Sequence record: OU509535.1
Length of the DNA stretch: 64,000 nt
Direction: 5' to 3' (one strand)
Positions within the stretch are counted from its first letter, which is position 1; each line of letters begins with the position of its first letter. A model generated the notes under the pieces. The model worked only from the letters and a program-made list of their open reading frames with translations, made no database searches and had not been told where the DNA came from. The translations under genes were made by a program, and so were the position numbers. Positions 63,574 to 64,000 of the stretch are shown here, one piece after another.

Positions 63574-64000
63574 ATGCAAAACAAGTACAATTATAATGAC
63601 CCCGAATTTGCTACACTCGCATATGATATAGCAAAAATGGTAAAAGATTTAAAGGAATGTGCTATTGGTACAAAGGATATCAGTACTGTGATGAATACCG
63701 ATGTAAATTTTAAGAAAGAATTACAGGTAACTGATTCGACAAATCCTTTGGCTGCATTCAAGAATTGTGTGGTAAATTACTATGGTGTAGTACAATGTAA
63801 CATCGGATATAAATCCCACGAATGTAATATAGTAACTTTTGATGCATATGGAAATCTCCATGAAATTGATATTTATAAGGGTCAAAAATTAATCATTAAA
63901 TTCATGGATAGATACCTATTTACCAAATCATATCATTTCGAATTACCAAAAATTGATGGTGCATTCATTGATAATTATGATGCTTATATTTTTCAGTTAA
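63574..64000 (+). CDS. paralog family A long form, truncated by window end
   Basis: open to the edge, ends DNYDAYIFQL like 52421. Confidence 0.75.
   Translation, partial: MQNKYNYNDPEFATLAYDIAKMVKDLKECAIGTKDISTVMNTDVNFKKELQVTDSTNPLAAFKNCVVNYYGVVQCNIGYKSHECNIVTFDAYGNLHEIDIYKGQKLIIKFMDRYLFTKSYHFELPKIDGAFIDNYDAYIFQL

Noticed and set aside
1-64000. Integrase, transposase, homing endonuclease or reverse transcriptase
   Set aside because: No ORF shows the relevant catalytic motifs, so no mobile element is called.

Overview
This is an AT-rich (roughly 30% GC by eye) segment of a large lytic phage genome. It is most likely a jumbo myophage of Enterobacterales, and its gene types resemble the RaK2/121Q/GAP32-like group (inference, not a database result). 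Essentially all genes are on the + strand, and there are three zones. (1) 1-30 kb holds densely packed small accessory genes. Recognisable ones are DenV, a signal-peptide DNA/RNA non-specific endonuclease, a TraR/DksA zinc finger, a ClpP-like protease, a DUF1190 lipoprotein and an AAA+ ATPase. This zone also has a tandem membrane-protein array, three tRNA-like RNAs with abnormal anticodon loops and a repeated terminator/promoter fusion cassette. (2) About 30.1-50.2 kb is a distinct block of near-monocistronic genes with consensus sigma70 promoters and more host-like codons, bounded by short tandem repeats. It may be an early region or terminal repeat. It holds a ~305-nt structured ncRNA candidate, a family of 8 conserved and 5 degenerate promoter-driven small non-coding units, and a cluster of Fur-box-like and CpxR-box-like sites. 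It also has promoters carrying AGTACT pairs exactly 20 bp apart, and genes for a Ser/Thr-kinase-like, an ADP-ribosyltransferase-like and an H-NS-like protein. (3) 50.3-64 kb is an accordion of short paralogous genes from several families. The palindrome AGTACT is about 10-fold over-represented in a hand-counted sample of the first 3 kb and recurs throughout the window. No CRISPR array, integrase, transposase or core virion/replication gene was recognised. All counts and coordinates were obtained by hand.
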